Shown: positions 1-12,371 of the stretch, piece after piece
Numbering within the stretch: the stretch's first letter is position 1
Layout of the letters: every line of letters starts with the position of its first letter
NCBI GenBank assembly: GCA_963752475.1
Contig: CAVVYR010000007.1
Location: forward strand, 384,001 to 448,000
Reading direction: 5' to 3'
Source of the DNA: an uncultured Chloroflexia bacterium
GTDB lineage: Bacteria > Chloroflexota > Limnocylindria > Limnocylindrales > CSP1-4
DNA length: 64,000 bases
Program-made: the position numbers and the translations under genes
The notes under the pieces: model-generated
Database searches by the model: none
What the model was told of the DNA's origin: nothing
What the model saw: the letters and a program-made list of their open reading frames with translations, nothing else

Positions 1-855
1 GGCGCTGCCCCCGGCGCCCTCCCAGTAGGTGTCACCCTGGAGGTCGGAGGTGTACCAGGTGTGGCGCCCGGCCGCGGTGTGCATCTCCGCCGAGGCCGGC
101 TGGCAGTGGTCGGCGTAGGTGACCAGATGGGTCTCCTTGTTCCAGTCGGCGAAGTCCGCAGCCACCTTGGGGTCCCACTTGGTGGGGTACCGGTCCATGA
201 CGATGGTGTCGCCGACGCTGGGGATACCGTCGAGGTCGGAATCGACGAGCTTGCTGATGAGCACGTCACCGACGCCGAAGGCCTTGTTCCCGTCCAGGTC
301 GGCGTAGGCCACGATGAGGTCCTTGGGTACTGGCTCCACCGGCACCACCGGCGGCTCGCAGCGGGCCTTTGGACCCGTGCCCACACCCTGGATGCAGCGG
401 TCGATACCGACCCCGCCGTGGAGGCGGTCGTTGCCGCCCTGGCCGAAGAGCACATCTGGTCCCGGGCCGCCCGCGAGAAGGTCGCCGTGCAGCCCGCCCA
501 TGAGTCGGTCGACCCCACCGCCGCCGAAGAGGCGGTCGGCACCGGCCTGTCCGGCGATGCGGTCGTGGCCGGCCTGGCCCGCGACGCGGTCGTTGCCCGG
601 GCCGGCGCAGATGATGTCGTTGCCACCACGGCCGACGATGATGTCGGCCCCGCCCTTGGCCACGATGACGTCACGCTTGGCCGTGCCCTTGAGGACGTCG
701 GCCTTGTCGGTGCCCACGATGGTGGCTCTGTGGCCCATGCACTTGGGCTTCTTGGCCGCGGCAGCGGGTGCGGCGATGGCGGCGATCGCGAGTGCCGCGG
801 CCAGGGCCGCACTGACGAGGATGGTGGATGTCCGCTGACCGCTGCGCGCCATCAT
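1..855 (-). CDS. Secreted protein with hemolysin-type (RTX) Ca-binding Gly-rich nonapeptide repeats, 3' end outside window
   Basis: Manual translation: MMARSGQRTSTILVSAALAAALAIAAIAAPAAA (signal peptide) KKPKCMGHRATIVGTDKADVLKGT then GGNDII/GPGNDRV/GGGVDRL/GGNDRL repeats; AGGGGG upstream; not in ORF track because there is no stop in the window. Confidence 0.85.
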   Translation of the reverse strand, partial: MMARSGQRTSTILVSAALAAALAIAAIAAPAAAAKKPKCMGHRATIVGTDKADVLKGTAKRDVIVAKGGADIIVGRGGNDIICAGPGNDRVAGQAGHDRIAGQAGADRLFGGGGVDRLMGGLHGDLLAGGPGPDVLFGQGGNDRLHGGVGIDRCIQGVGTGPKARCEPPVVPVEPVPKDLIVAYADLDGNKAFGVGDVLISKLVDSDLDGIPSVGDTIVMDRYPTKWDPKVAADFADWNKETHLVTYADHCQPASAEMHTAAGRHTWYTSDLQGDTYWEGAGGSA

Positions 856-1041
856 GAGCGACCCCCTACGTGCCGGATCACCCAGTGCCATCGGGAACGG
901 CCGGCGCGACCACTCTGGAGGCGATCCTGGCTTCCGATTATGCGCCACGCGGCAAAGGGAGCACCGCTCGACCTCGTTTGACGAGAGGTGAATGATTCTC
1001 TTGTTCGCGATCGTCTAGTGGTCGTGATGGGAGGCATCGAA

Positions 1042-1608
1042 GTGCTGGGCAACCAGCTCCGGGACTCGACCGTGGAAGGGGTACGCGACGCGACGTCTCA
1101 GGACGCCGCGCGCGAGGCCGCCTTCCATCGTCTGGTCGATGAGCATCTCGATCGGGCCTACCGACTGGCTGCCGTCGTGCTGCATGACAGGACCGAGGCG
1201 CAGGATGCCGTCCATGATGCGTTCCTGACCGCTTGGCGCAAGTACGACTCACTGCGCGATGCGTCCCGCTTCGAGGCCTGGTTCGATCGCATCGTGGTCA
1301 ATACCTGCCGCGACCGGATGCGCCATGCCCGCCGGCTCCAAGTCCGTGACATCTCGATCGGACCCGACGTCCCGGGTGTCGACACGACCGGATCGATCCC
1401 CGACGAGCTCATCATCCAGCGCGCGTTGCGGCAGCTGGGACCCGACGATCGCATCGTGCTCGCCCTGCGCTTCTACCGCGACATGAAGGTGGACGACATC
1501 GCCACGGCCATGGGCATCCGGCCGCGCGCGGCGACCTCGCGCCTGCATCGGGCGCTCGAGCGGCTGCGCCACATCCTCGATGAAGACCAGACGGAGGCCA
1601 CGAGATGA
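1042..1608 (+). CDS. ECF RNA polymerase sigma factor
   Basis: Region 2 (AQDAVHDAFLTAW...FEAWFDRIVVNTCRD) and region 4 (LRFYRDMKVDDIATAMG...SRLHRAL); GGAGG then GTG at 1042 (ORF track starts at 988). Confidence 0.92.
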   Translation: MLGNQLRDSTVEGVRDATSQDAAREAAFHRLVDEHLDRAYRLAAVVLHDRTEAQDAVHDAFLTAWRKYDSLRDASRFEAWFDRIVVNTCRDRMRHARRLQVRDISIGPDVPGVDTTGSIPDELIIQRALRQLGPDDRIVLALRFYRDMKVDDIATAMGIRPRAATSRLHRALERLRHILDEDQTEATR

Positions 1609-2343
1609 ACGAGCGCGGCCTCGAGACCCGGCTTCGCGACACCTATCGCACCGAAGCCGCACAGGCAGACCCGGGTGCGCTCGTCGAGCGCGTGCATTCC
1701 ATCCCCGCCATGGCTGAGCCGGAGCGCCGGCGCTGGTGGCATCGCTTTCGGTCCGACGCGACGCGACACGTCGGGCCCGGCGGGACACAGATAAGAGGAG
1801 CAGGAAACATGTTGACTGCAACACGCATCGCCGCGGTGGTCGCCGCCATCGCCTTGGGTTCCACATTCCTGGCGGTCCAGGTCGGGGTGCCGGATGACGG
1901 CGCACCGGCACCCGGGGCGTCTTCCGGTGAGGCCTGGGTCACGGTGACCGGGACGCAGAGCCTCGGCGGTGCCAGCGGAGGATCGGTGGTCGGGCGCAAC
2001 ACGCGACATGAGCGACCCTCGTCTCGAAGGCGAGGTCCGCATCACCTACGAAGAGGGTATGTCCTCGGTCGACGATTCCGGGCTCAACTCCACGCTCTGG
2101 AGCTTGGTCACGATCACGAACGACGACGGCTCCTGGCATGGGCCATCGATAGGGTTCGTCGACGAGAGCGGAGTGCATCACCACTTCGGCTGGTACGAGG
2201 GCGCCGGCGACTACGAAGGGCTGGTCTTCCTCGAGCAGCTGACTGAGGAACTGGCCAGTGCCGGCATGGACCTCGATATCGCCGGGCTTGTCTACGAGGG
2301 TGAGCTTCCGCCGTTGGTCCTCCCGGCACCGGCCACCGACTGA
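1605..2343 (+). CDS. Putative membrane-anchored anti-sigma factor, apparent frameshift near 1995
   Basis: Overlaps the sigma stop (ATGA); charged N-terminus, one hydrophobic segment, extracellular part continues in ORF 1969..2343. Confidence 0.6.
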
Positions 2344-2411
2344 CGATCCAGATCTCATCGACTCCTCCTGGTCGGGCCTCGGTGGCGCCTGAGCCGCCGG
2401 GGCTCCTCCCG

Positions 2412-3171
2412 TCAGTCGTGTCGGCTGACCAGGGCCTTCGTCAGCTCGGTGCCATCGGCGGTGCTGATGCGGCAGGCCACCTGCGTGTCGCTGACACGCC
2501 AGCTACTGACTTCGATGGGGGTACCGGGCAGCGCCGGCAGTACGTAGCCGATGCGATAGCAGTCCGCCCTCTCGAGCCGTTGGTCCTCGGGCAGCCGGCC
2601 GATCCCGTCTTCGATCATGTCCACGTAGGCGGCATTGTTCATGTGCCGCATCGGGTCCACGTCCAGCGGGCGGACGCGGGTCGAGAGCTTCGCCGGTTCG
2701 ACCTCAGGCTCGGGCAGCGTGATCCTGTCGCGCGCGAACTGGGTGTCGACCGAGAAGTAGTGAGCGATCTCCTCGGGCACCTTGGCGGGCCGGCCTTCGA
2801 CGGTCAGGAGCACCCAGTCGGTATCGACCGTGGCCATCAGGCCGTCGCCCCCACGTCCATCCTCCGAGCCGATACGCCGAACCTCAGTGTGCCGCCGCGC
2901 CCACACGTGCCGCCAGCCGATGACCTGCGTGCTGATCGAGAGCACGTCGCCGTAGGTGATCGGCTGCATCAGCGAGACATGCACGTTTCGCACGAGCCAG
3001 TTCATGCCTCGGGTCCCGTACCAGGCCGCGGTCGAAACCGGCCTCGGTGCTGTGCCGCCAGGCCATGTCCTGGGCGTAGCGCAGCAGGCCCGATGGGCGC
3101 AGCCATCCATCCGCGTCGGCCTCGTCGAAGCGAACGCGGTACTCATGCTCGATGCGGAGCCTGGGTTCCAT
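2412..3171 (-). CDS. Acyl-ACP/acyl-CoA thioesterase (double hotdog), apparent frameshift near 3025
   Basis: YRVRFDEAD...LLRYAQD N-terminus (ORF 2884..3675 frame) joined to VRPLDVDPMRHMNNAAY (ORF 2412 frame). Confidence 0.85.
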
Positions 3172-3258
3172 GCCTCGAGTGTATGGCGGATCGCGCCGAT
3201 GCCACGTTGTCGGCGATTCGACAGCCACGCGCGGTGCCGTTCCCGTACGATGCCGTCC

Positions 3259-6200
3259 GTGGATTGCCGGTCCTGTGGCACGGCTCTGACCGCAGGCGCG
3301 CGTTTCTGTGCGTCCTGTGGTGCGCCCGTGTCTGCCGGATGTGGCGGCTGCGGTGCCGAGCTGCCGCAGGGCGCGCGCTTCTGCCCGGCCTGTGGCGCCG
3401 CCGCCGACGAGGTAGCACCACCCTCCGATGAGGTCCGCACGGTGACCATCAGCGGCACTCGCGATCCTGGCCGTGAGCGCAAGCTGGCCACGCTCCTCTT
3501 CGCCGACATCGTCGACTTCACCGCGCTCAACGAGGCACAGGACCCCGAGCTCGTCTCCGGGCTCGTAGGCGCCACCTTCGAGCGCCTCGCACGCGAGGTC
3601 GAACGCTACGAGGGCACCATCGAGAAGTTCGCCGGCGATGCCATCCTCGCGGTCTTCGGCGTGCCCGCCACCCACGAGGACGACCCCGAGCGTGCCGTCC
3701 GAGCCGCGCTCGAGATGCAGTCGGTGGCGCAGACCATGGCCTCGGACGCGCGCGGGGGGCCGGCCCTCAAGCTACGCATCGGCGTCGAGACCGGTGAAGT
3801 CCTCGTCGACCGCGCACGCGCTGCTTCCGAGCGCGACCTGTTCGTCACGGGCGACGCGGTCAACGTGGCGTCCCGGCTACAGGACGTGGCCCAGCCGGGC
3901 ACCGTCGTGGTCGGCCCATCGACGTATGCCGCCACCCGCGAATCGGTCGACTTCGACGAGCTGGAGCCGCAGGAGCTCAAGGGCAAGAAGTGCTCGGTCG
4001 CGGCCTGGCGCGCGGTCTCGGTCAGGTCCGGCCGCGGTGGTCGGCACACGCGCTTGGGCATGGAGTCGCCGATGGTCGGTCGGGCCAGTGAGCTGACGCT
4101 GCTGAAGGAGACCGTGCGCCGGACCATCGAGGATGGCCGACCACATCTCGTGACCGTCATCGGCGGCGCCGGCGTGGGCAAGAGCCGGCTCGCCTGGGAG
4201 CTGGAGAAGTACCTCGATGGCCTGCCCGAGCGCTACGTCTGGCGCAAGGGCCGCTGTGTGGCCTATTCGAGCGCCAGCTTTGGGCCCATCGCCGAGGTCG
4301 CCAAGACCGACGCCCGCATCCTCGATGACGACCCACCGACGGTGGCCCGAGGCAAGCTGGCCACCCGCCTGCGCGAGCTCGACCTCGGTGCCGACGAAGT
4401 TGCGGTGCGCGATGCACTCGAGGCCGTGCTGGCCATCGGCGACGATCGCGAGCGGGCCCGGGAGGTGCTGTTCGAAGCCTGGCGTCGCTACTTCGCCGCC
4501 ATCTCCCGCGTGGCGCCGCTCGTGCTCGTCGTGGAGGACCTGCATTGGGCCGACGAGGGCGTCCTCGGTTTCCTCGACTTCCTCGCTCGCTGGGGTGAGG
4601 GCCCCATGGTCATCCTCGGACTCGCCCGTCACGAGCTGCTCGAATCGCACGCCAGCTGGGGCGGGGGACTGCGCAACGCCTCCACCATCGAGCTCGAACC
4701 ACTTGCTCGTGACGAGGCCTCGGCGCTGATGGAAGGGCTCCTCGATGGAGGTGTGCCGCCGGTGCTGGGCGAGCGCATCACCGCGCTGACCGAAGGCAAT
4801 CCGCTGTTCGCTGAGGAGATGGTGCGAATGCTCGTGGACCGCGGGACGCTGCGCTTCAACGATGGCCGTTGGCAGCTCGCGCGGCCGGTCGATGAGGTCG
4901 AGATCCCGAGCTCCGTGCAGGCCGTGCTGGCCGCCCGGCTCGATGCACTGCCGGAGAACGAGAAGCGGGTGGCGCAGGACGCCGCGGTCATCGGCCGGGT
5001 CTTCTGGGATCAGCTGGTGGCGCACATCGCGCGCGACGACGTCGACAAGACCAGCGAGCGCATCCGCCGCCTCCGCGTCAAGGACCTCGTCGTGCCGCGC
5101 GAGCCGTCGTCGATGACCGGGGCGGCCGAGTTCGGTTTCCGTCACGTGCTCATCCGCGACGTGGCCTACGAGTCGCTGCCCAAACGTGACCGTGCCGCAC
5201 TCCATCGCGAGATCGGCGAGTGGGCCGAGCGCGAGCTGGCAGACCGGCTCGATGAGTTCGCCGAGCTCGTCGCCAGCCACTTCGCCGCGGCCGTGGCCTA
5301 CGAGGAGGAGTTCGACCTCGTGGGTGGACCGCGACTGCAGGGACTTCGAGTCCAGGCCCGAGACGCGGCCATCCGCGCCGCCCGCCGCGCCTGGTCCATG
5401 AGCCAGTCGGGTGAAGCCAGTCGCTGGCTGCGCCTGGCCATGGAGCTGGCCTGGAAGACCGATCTGCCGGCGCGCCAGGTCGCGGCACTGGCGCTCGAAT
5501 ACGACGAGATCGCCTTCATGGTCGGCGGTGAGACCGAACAGGTCACCATCGCGCGGCGCGCGCTCGAGGCCATGGAGGCGCTGCCGGACCTGGCAGCGGA
5601 CGACCGGGACACGATCTCGCTGCTGCGCAACATGAAGGGCGCCTCGCAGTTCCACGCCGGCGATGTCGATGGCTCCAGACAGACGCTGCGGAAGGCGCTC
5701 GAGGCCCTGGGCGAGGGCCCGCCCACGAGCGTGCGGGCGCACCTCAAGGCCACTCTCGGCTGGACCTACTGGCGGGCCGGACCGGTGGATGAGGCCGTGC
5801 CCCTGTTGGAGGAAGCCGTGGCCGAAGCCGAGGCGGTCGACGACGCCCAGACCTTGCGCTGGGCCAGCCACGACTTGGGCGTGGCGCTGGGCATGCTCGG
5901 CGACCACGATGCCGCGGTCACCCGGGTGGAAGAATCGATGCGGCTGGCTCGGGAGGCCGGCGACCTGAACCTCGTCATGCGCTGCTACATCAACCTGCCG
6001 GCGATGTGCTCGGCTCGGGGCGATGACATCCGGCCGTTGGTCGAGATGGCCATCGATGGCATCGGCCACGCCCGTCGAGCTGCGGCCGGCAGCGTCGTCT
6101 GTTGGCTGGCCGGCAATGTCTCCGGCTTCCTGCGGGAGCTGGGCCGTCTCGACGAGGCCCTTGACTACGCCGACGAAGCCGTGGTCACGACCGAGGCCCA

Positions 6201-6840
6201 CGTGCCCGGGAACCTGGCCATGACTCTGTCAGACCGGGCCTCCCTGCATCGCCTTCGTGGCGAGTTGCCAGCGGCGCGCAGGGACGAGTCGCGGGTCGCG
6301 GAGCTCGATCTGGCGGTCGAGCCGCAAGTCAAGGCGCACCATCTCTTCGCCCGCGTCGCGGAACGGTGGGCGAGCGATCCGAAGGGCGCGCTGGGCATGC
6401 TGGCGGACTCCATATCGGCCGAGCCGGATTCGATCGATGAGCACGGCAAGATCGCCCTCTGGTACGCCCGTGGCAGCCTCCGTCTCGGTGATGATGACGG
6501 TGTGGCCTGGGCGGTCTCGATCGCGGAGGCCTTCAGTGACCGGTCCACGTCTAGCCAGCTCGCCCAACGTGACTGGATCGCTGGGCTCTCCGACGGCTCC
6601 AGGGGGCGCACCGTGGAGGCCGCCGCACAGGGACTCGAGGAGTTGGGGCTGCTCACCGCGGCCGCCGATGCGTGGGCAGATGCCGCGCTCCTGGCCGCCA
6701 GGGCCGGCCGCAAGTCGGCCGCGCTGGATCACGCCCTGGCCATCACCGAGCGCATCGGCATGCACCCGTTGCTGGGTCCGTTGCCCGAGACGCGCTGGTT
6801 GGAGCCCGCCGCCGCGACCGCCACCTCGACGCGCGAGTAG
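3259..6840 (+). CDS. Double zinc ribbon + class III adenylate/guanylate cyclase + AAA/STAND ATPase + TPR protein
   Basis: Four CxxC motifs; [25 protein letters not shown]; Walker A GGAGVGKS; VVEDLHWAD; helical repeat C-terminus. Start GTG 3259 or ATG 3250. Confidence 0.92.
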   Translation: MDCRSCGTALTAGARFCASCGAPVSAGCGGCGAELPQGARFCPACGAAADEVAPPSDEVRTVTISGTRDPGRERKLATLLFADIVDFTALNEAQDPELVSGLVGATFERLAREVERYEGTIEKFAGDAILAVFGVPATHEDDPERAVRAALEMQSVAQTMASDARGGPALKLRIGVETGEVLVDRARAASERDLFVTGDAVNVASRLQDVAQPGTVVVGPSTYAATRESVDFDELEPQELKGKKCSVAAWRAVSVRSGRGGRHTRLGMESPMVGRASELTLLKETVRRTIEDGRPHLVTVIGGAGVGKSRLAWELEKYLDGLPERYVWRKGRCVAYSSASFGPIAEVAKTDARILDDDPPTVARGKLATRLRELDLGADEVAVRDALEAVLAIGDDRERAREVLFEAWRRYFAAISRVAPLVLVVEDLHWADEGVLGFLDFLARWGEGPMVILGLARHELLESHASWGGGLRNASTIELEPLARDEASALMEGLLDGGVPPVLGERITALTEGNPLFAEEMVRMLVDRGTLRFNDGRWQLARPVDEVEIPSSVQAVLAARLDALPENEKRVAQDAAVIGRVFWDQLVAHIARDDVDKTSERIRRLRVKDLVVPREPSSMTGAAEFGFRHVLIRDVAYESLPKRDRAALHREIGEWAERELADRLDEFAELVASHFAAAVAYEEEFDLVGGPRLQGLRVQARDAAIRAARRAWSMSQSGEASRWLRLAMELAWKTDLPARQVAALALEYDEIAFMVGGETEQVTIARRALEAMEALPDLAADDRDTISLLRNMKGASQFHAGDVDGSRQTLRKALEALGEGPPTSVRAHLKATLGWTYWRAGPVDEAVPLLEEAVAEAEAVDDAQTLRWASHDLGVALGMLGDHDAAVTRVEESMRLAREAGDLNLVMRCYINLPAMCSARGDDIRPLVEMAIDGIGHARRAAAGSVVCWLAGNVSGFLRELGRLDEALDYADEAVVTTEAHVPGNLAMTLSDRASLHRLRGELPAARRDESRVAELDLAVEPQVKAHHLFARVAERWASDPKGALGMLADSISAEPDSIDEHGKIALWYARGSLRLGDDDGVAWAVSIAEAFSDRSTSSQLAQRDWIAGLSDGSRGRTVEAAAQGLEELGLLTAAADAWADAALLAARAGRKSAALDHALAITERIGMHPLLGPLPETRWLEPAAATATSTRE

Positions 6841-6858
6841 CCCATCCCACGCTCCGGC

Positions 6859-6888
6859 TTGACATAGTGGGTCGGTCTGACATACAGT
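6859..6888 (+). promoter_or_regulatory. Sigma70-type promoter of groESL
   Basis: TTGACA-N18-TACAGT directly upstream of CIRCE. Confidence 0.75.
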
Positions 6889-6889
6889 T

Positions 6890-6916
6890 CTGGCACTCTC
6901 CACTCGAGAGTGCTAA
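6890..6916 (+). promoter_or_regulatory. CIRCE element (HrcA operator)
   Basis: CTGGCACTC-N9-GAGTGCTAA vs consensus TTAGCACTC-N9-GAGTGCTAA, upstream of groES. Confidence 0.95.
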
Positions 6917-7007
6917 TCAGTAAGCGATGCGGGCCGACCGGGCGCTCGGGACACCGGAAGCCAGCCCCCCGCCGCGAGAGAACACACAACACCAGGAGGG
7001 AATCGCG

Positions 7008-7310
7008 TTGGCGACTGCCACCAAGCTCCGCCCCCTCGGCGACCGCGTCGTCGTCCAGCCCATGGCCCGCGAGGAGATGACCTCCAGCGGCATCGTCCTG
7101 CCGGACACCGCCAACAAGGAGAAGCCGCAGGAAGGCGAGATCATCGCCGCCGGCCCCGGTCGTCTCGAAGATGGCGAACGTGAGCCGATGGACGTCAAGG
7201 TGGGGGACAAGGTCCTCTACGCCAAGTACGCCGGTACCGAGTTCAAGATCGGCGACGAAGAGCTGCTGATCATCAGCCAGAAGGACATCCTCGCCGTCGT
7301 CGAGGGCTAG
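7008..7310 (+). CDS. groES: Co-chaperonin GroES
   Basis: [11 protein letters not shown]...[16 protein letters not shown]...KYAGTE; AGGAGG then TTG start. Confidence 0.97.
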   Translation: MATATKLRPLGDRVVVQPMAREEMTSSGIVLPDTANKEKPQEGEIIAAGPGRLEDGEREPMDVKVGDKVLYAKYAGTEFKIGDEELLIISQKDILAVVEG

Positions 7311-7329
7311 GCCGCACACACGCACGTAA

Positions 7330-9006
<1,677 letters not shown>

Positions 9007-9055
9007 TCGATAGCCGCTGGCCAGTCGTCGGCCAGCCTTCATACCCAACGCCGGG

Positions 9056-9084
9056 GAGCCCGGGCCATGAGGCCTGGGCTCTTC
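9056..9084. terminator. Stem-loop between convergent genes
   Basis: GAGCCCGGGCC-ATGA-GGCCTGGGCTC. Confidence 0.6.
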
Positions 9085-9161
9085 AATTCCGGGCCTGACG
9101 CTGGGAGGTCAGTCAGCGAGCCGCCTTCGTGGTCGAAGGACCGCGGCTCGGTGTCGACGGG

Positions 9162-9794
9162 TCATCGCTTCCTGAGCACGAGCCTCACGCTCACGTTGTC
9201 GAAGAAGACATCGCAGTCGGTTCCCGCTGTGCCCGTGCCCTTGAGGGTGACCCGGAGCGAGCGCGTGCCCGACGGTACGGCCGCGAAGCGCTTGAGCTTG
9301 CGCATCTTGCCGCTGGTGTCAGTGACGGCCTTCGTCGCCGCCTGGCCGATCACGCGACCGGCTCGGTCGAAGTACCAGATGATCATCCGGCCCGAGTCCC
9401 CGTCGCTGCTGTTGGAGCCGATGCGCACGGTGAGCCTCAAGTTCAGACGCCCACGGTCGATGAGCCGGTTGCGCCCGTTGATCGGGATCTTCTGGTGGGC
9501 CATCGAACCCGCCGTATCGCGGCCGCAGTAGAAGAGGTTCCGTTCGCCGAAGCTGGCCCGAGATTCGGCCCGGCTCGGTAATCCGGGGCTGCCGTACCTC
9601 ACGGCCGTCATGGTGGAGGTGGTCCTCCAGCCTGGGATGCGGACGACCTTGCCGCTCCCGGCCCGCGCCTGTTCTGCGCCCGAGTCCCACGAGATGTTGG
9701 AGTTGAGCGGAGTCCTGGCCGCCCCGTCCACTGCCTCTGCGCCGAGCGCCAGACAGAGCATGGCCGCTACCGCGGCGACCCACAGCCTATGCAT
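9162..9794 (-). CDS. Secreted hypothetical protein, probable galactose-binding-like beta-sandwich
   Basis: Signal peptide; VPSGTRSLRVTL...FFDNVSV C-terminus; AAGGGGG RBS. Confidence 0.7.
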   Translation of the reverse strand: MHRLWVAAVAAMLCLALGAEAVDGAARTPLNSNISWDSGAEQARAGSGKVVRIPGWRTTSTMTAVRYGSPGLPSRAESRASFGERNLFYCGRDTAGSMAHQKIPINGRNRLIDRGRLNLRLTVRIGSNSSDGDSGRMIIWYFDRAGRVIGQAATKAVTDTSGKMRKLKRFAAVPSGTRSLRVTLKGTGTAGTDCDVFFDNVSVRLVLRKR

Positions 9795-9973
9795 GGCATC
9801 CCCCTTGCATGCGCGGGCCGGGTTCGCCAGTGGCTCGGCGCGGTCCAGGCGGCCATGGTTGCGGACCGGGCGTCATCACCTCCCGTTATCTACAATTCTC
9901 TCGCGGCCGTCCATCAAGGTCGCGTGAGCGGCTCACGGGTCACCGTGTGTGGCTGGGTCGGTGTCTCCGAGCG

Positions 9974-10717
9974 CTAGCGTGGGCAGGCCGGCGACGGGCG
10001 GCTGCCCGGCTGGCTGATCGTGCGCGTGAGTACGCTCGGACGTGCACGTCCGTCATCGGTAGCCCATCGCGCCAGTCTCGCGATGTTGCGATCGCGGCCG
10101 AGGACGGCGACATAGACGGTCGGGGTCTTGAGCGTCCGCCCGGCGACCTTCAGTTGCCGGCAGCGTGTGGCCGGTTCGAGGAAGCGGAGGTTCGCCCGGC
10201 GGTCGGCATTCCGGTAGCAGACTTCGCTCGTGGGCATCCCGCCGATCCAGTACGAGACCCCGGGTCTTCCGGTTGCGCATCGGCGACCCTTGGTCACGCC
10301 GGCATCCTTGCGTCGCTTCTCGAAGACCCGATCGGCCGGTCCGCCGTCGAGGAGGTAGTAGGCCATATCCCGGACCACCCGAGCGGCAGGACGACACTGG
10401 ACCGCAGCGACGGTGCCGGGCGGGAGAGCCGAACGCCTGGGGACGCACGTTCGACGGATCCTCTTGGGGATCATCCGGAGCAGCATCTTCTCGGACGGGC
10501 GGAACGAGGCAGCTGGGATGAGGGCAGAGCCGTGGAAGGCCACGGCCATGTCACTGGCGCCGGTGACGCGCGCTCCTTCCGTATCAGATGTCTCGGCGGC
10601 ACCAAGCGCCGGCGACGCCGCGACCGGTGCCGCGACCATCACGACGGCGACCGCGATCGCAGTCACCCAAGAGGTCCGTTCGCTAGATCTCATCGTCAGC
10701 CTCTCCGTCTTCATCAT
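9974..10717 (-). CDS. Secreted hypothetical Cys-containing basic protein
   Basis: Hydrophobic N-terminal segment, several Cys, coding-like codon use. Confidence 0.65.
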   Translation of the reverse strand: MMKTERLTMRSSERTSWVTAIAVAVVMVAAPVAASPALGAAETSDTEGARVTGASDMAVAFHGSALIPAASFRPSEKMLLRMIPKRIRRTCVPRRSALPPGTVAAVQCRPAARVVRDMAYYLLDGGPADRVFEKRRKDAGVTKGRRCATGRPGVSYWIGGMPTSEVCYRNADRRANLRFLEPATRCRQLKVAGRTLKTPTVYVAVLGRDRNIARLARWATDDGRARPSVLTRTISQPGSRPSPACPR

Positions 10718-10855
10718 GAGGTTACGCCGCAGGCGTCCAACCGTATCGACCTACTCATCCACCCGACCCAGGGTGGCGTTGTGACGACGCCGCGAGGCCT
10801 GCGGTGACAGAGCCAGAGACCCGCCCTTGGTCGAACGGGCCTCTCGCGAACGTCG

Positions 10856-11302
10856 CTACGGGTGGGCCGAGACCTTGGCCTCGGCGAGCGTCTTGAAGTC
10901 AGCGATCGAGTTGCGGTGGTTCCGCTCGATCCAGCCCTTGCTTACGAAGTCCTTGATGAATCCCGGCACCCTGCCCGGGATCTCGAAGTCGGAGTCGATG
11001 GTGAACTTGGTCGCATCTCCATCAGGCTCGAACCGGAAGTACGCGTCCATCGGGCCGTCGTCGGTGTGCTCGTGGATGAGCCGCCGCGGCTCGACCTCGA
11101 CGATCTCCTGGGTCGTCTTCAGCTCGGAGCCCATGAGCCGCACGATCGAGGTGTACGACGTCCCGACCTTGTCCACCGGCCCGCTGAAGTCCGAGAACTC
11201 GCCTCGCGGCATCCAGTCGTGCCAGCGCGATGTGTCGCAGTAGAACTCCCAGACCTGCTCGACGGGTGCCTCGATCCGGACCTCCTGATGCATGTGCTGC
11301 AT
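10856..11302 (-). CDS. SRPBCC/polyketide cyclase family protein
   Basis: VRIEAPVEQVWEF.CD.SRW..WMP pattern; AAAGGGAG RBS. Confidence 0.88.
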   Translation of the reverse strand: MQHMHQEVRIEAPVEQVWEFYCDTSRWHDWMPRGEFSDFSGPVDKVGTSYTSIVRLMGSELKTTQEIVEVEPRRLIHEHTDDGPMDAYFRFEPDGDATKFTIDSDFEIPGRVPGFIKDFVSKGWIERNHRNSIADFKTLAEAKVSAHP

Positions 11303-11447
11303 CTTCTACTCCCTTTGCTCGGCGGGCCGGGTTCGCCAGTGGCTCGGAGCGGCTCAGGCGGCCAACGTACGCGAGTCGCGCCTCATCGCCTCCCGCTATC
11401 CATGATTCTCTCGCGGGCGTCCACCACTTCCGTTGGTCCGGCTGCGT

Positions 11448-12239
11448 CTACCGCTTCGGATGCAGATGGTGGGCGAGGAACGCGTCCCACAGAGCGCGCG
11501 GCTCATCGAGCGCGCAGATGTCCATGTGCCCCGCCGGAAGCTCTGCGTAGGTATGCTCGACCGCCGCTTCGGATAGCGCGGCGACGAGGTTCCGGGCCAT
11601 CTCGACGGGAACGCCCTCGTCGTGGGTCCCGTGGACGACGAGAAAGGGCACGGTCTGATCGTCGACCTGATGAGCGGGCGAAGCCTGACGCCAGACCTGC
11701 GGAAGCTCCTCGACCGTCCCGCCGAGCCAAGCGCCGACCGTGCGCCGCAGCCCGGCATCCGGATACGGGACCAGGAGGTCGGTGTCGCCGGACATGGTCA
11801 CGACGCAGTCCACCCGACTCGAGATACCGGTCGGTCTCGCATCCGAGTCGGTCGGTGAGTCGGTGACACCCAGGAGGCTGGCGAGGTGCCCGCCGGATGA
11901 GTGGCCCATGGCGCAGACCCGAGCAGGGTCGACCCCGAGCTCGGCAGCGTGGGCGCGGACCCAGCGGACCGCACGGCGGGCATCCTCCAACTGCGTCGGC
12001 CATGGGTTCTCACCGGTCGCCTCGTCGAACAACCGGTAGCCGGCCATGAAGGTCACGTAGCCCTGCTCAGCCAGCGGCTCGGCCCAGTCCATGTCCTGGA
12101 GCGGCGTCCCGCCGGTCGGGCCACCGCCGTGGAACAGGACGACCGCCGGTCGCGGTTCGGAGTGAGTCACCGGCTCGACCACGTGGATCACCTGCCTGAG
12201 ACGATCGTCCTCTCCGTAGGCGAAGCCTCTTTCCGACAT
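11448..12239 (-). CDS. Alpha/beta hydrolase (HSL-like esterase)
   Basis: HGGG oxyanion motif, GHSSG nucleophile, HGTHD Asp, AGH His. Confidence 0.9.
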   Translation of the reverse strand: MSERGFAYGEDDRLRQVIHVVEPVTHSEPRPAVVLFHGGGPTGGTPLQDMDWAEPLAEQGYVTFMAGYRLFDEATGENPWPTQLEDARRAVRWVRAHAAELGVDPARVCAMGHSSGGHLASLLGVTDSPTDSDARPTGISSRVDCVVTMSGDTDLLVPYPDAGLRRTVGAWLGGTVEELPQVWRQASPAHQVDDQTVPFLVVHGTHDEGVPVEMARNLVAALSEAAVEHTYAELPAGHMDICALDEPRALWDAFLAHHLHPKR

Positions 12240-12371
12240 CGGTGCGGTCACGTACCTGCCCCCCACGGAGTCGTGTCATGGTCATGAGACACGAGCATTG
12301 TCTCGCGGGCAGCAAGCGCCGACGGCTGCGCCGTGGGCAGTTTCTGTGCGCCCGGGGTAGGCTCCGTTCCG

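Noticed and set aside
9813-9913. ZMP/ZTP or cobalamin riboswitch call for the duplicated leader
   Set aside because: It contains ACTGGCG, CGCCTG and GCCACTG-like words, but the order and surrounding consensus do not fit either family, so it is kept only as an unnamed element.
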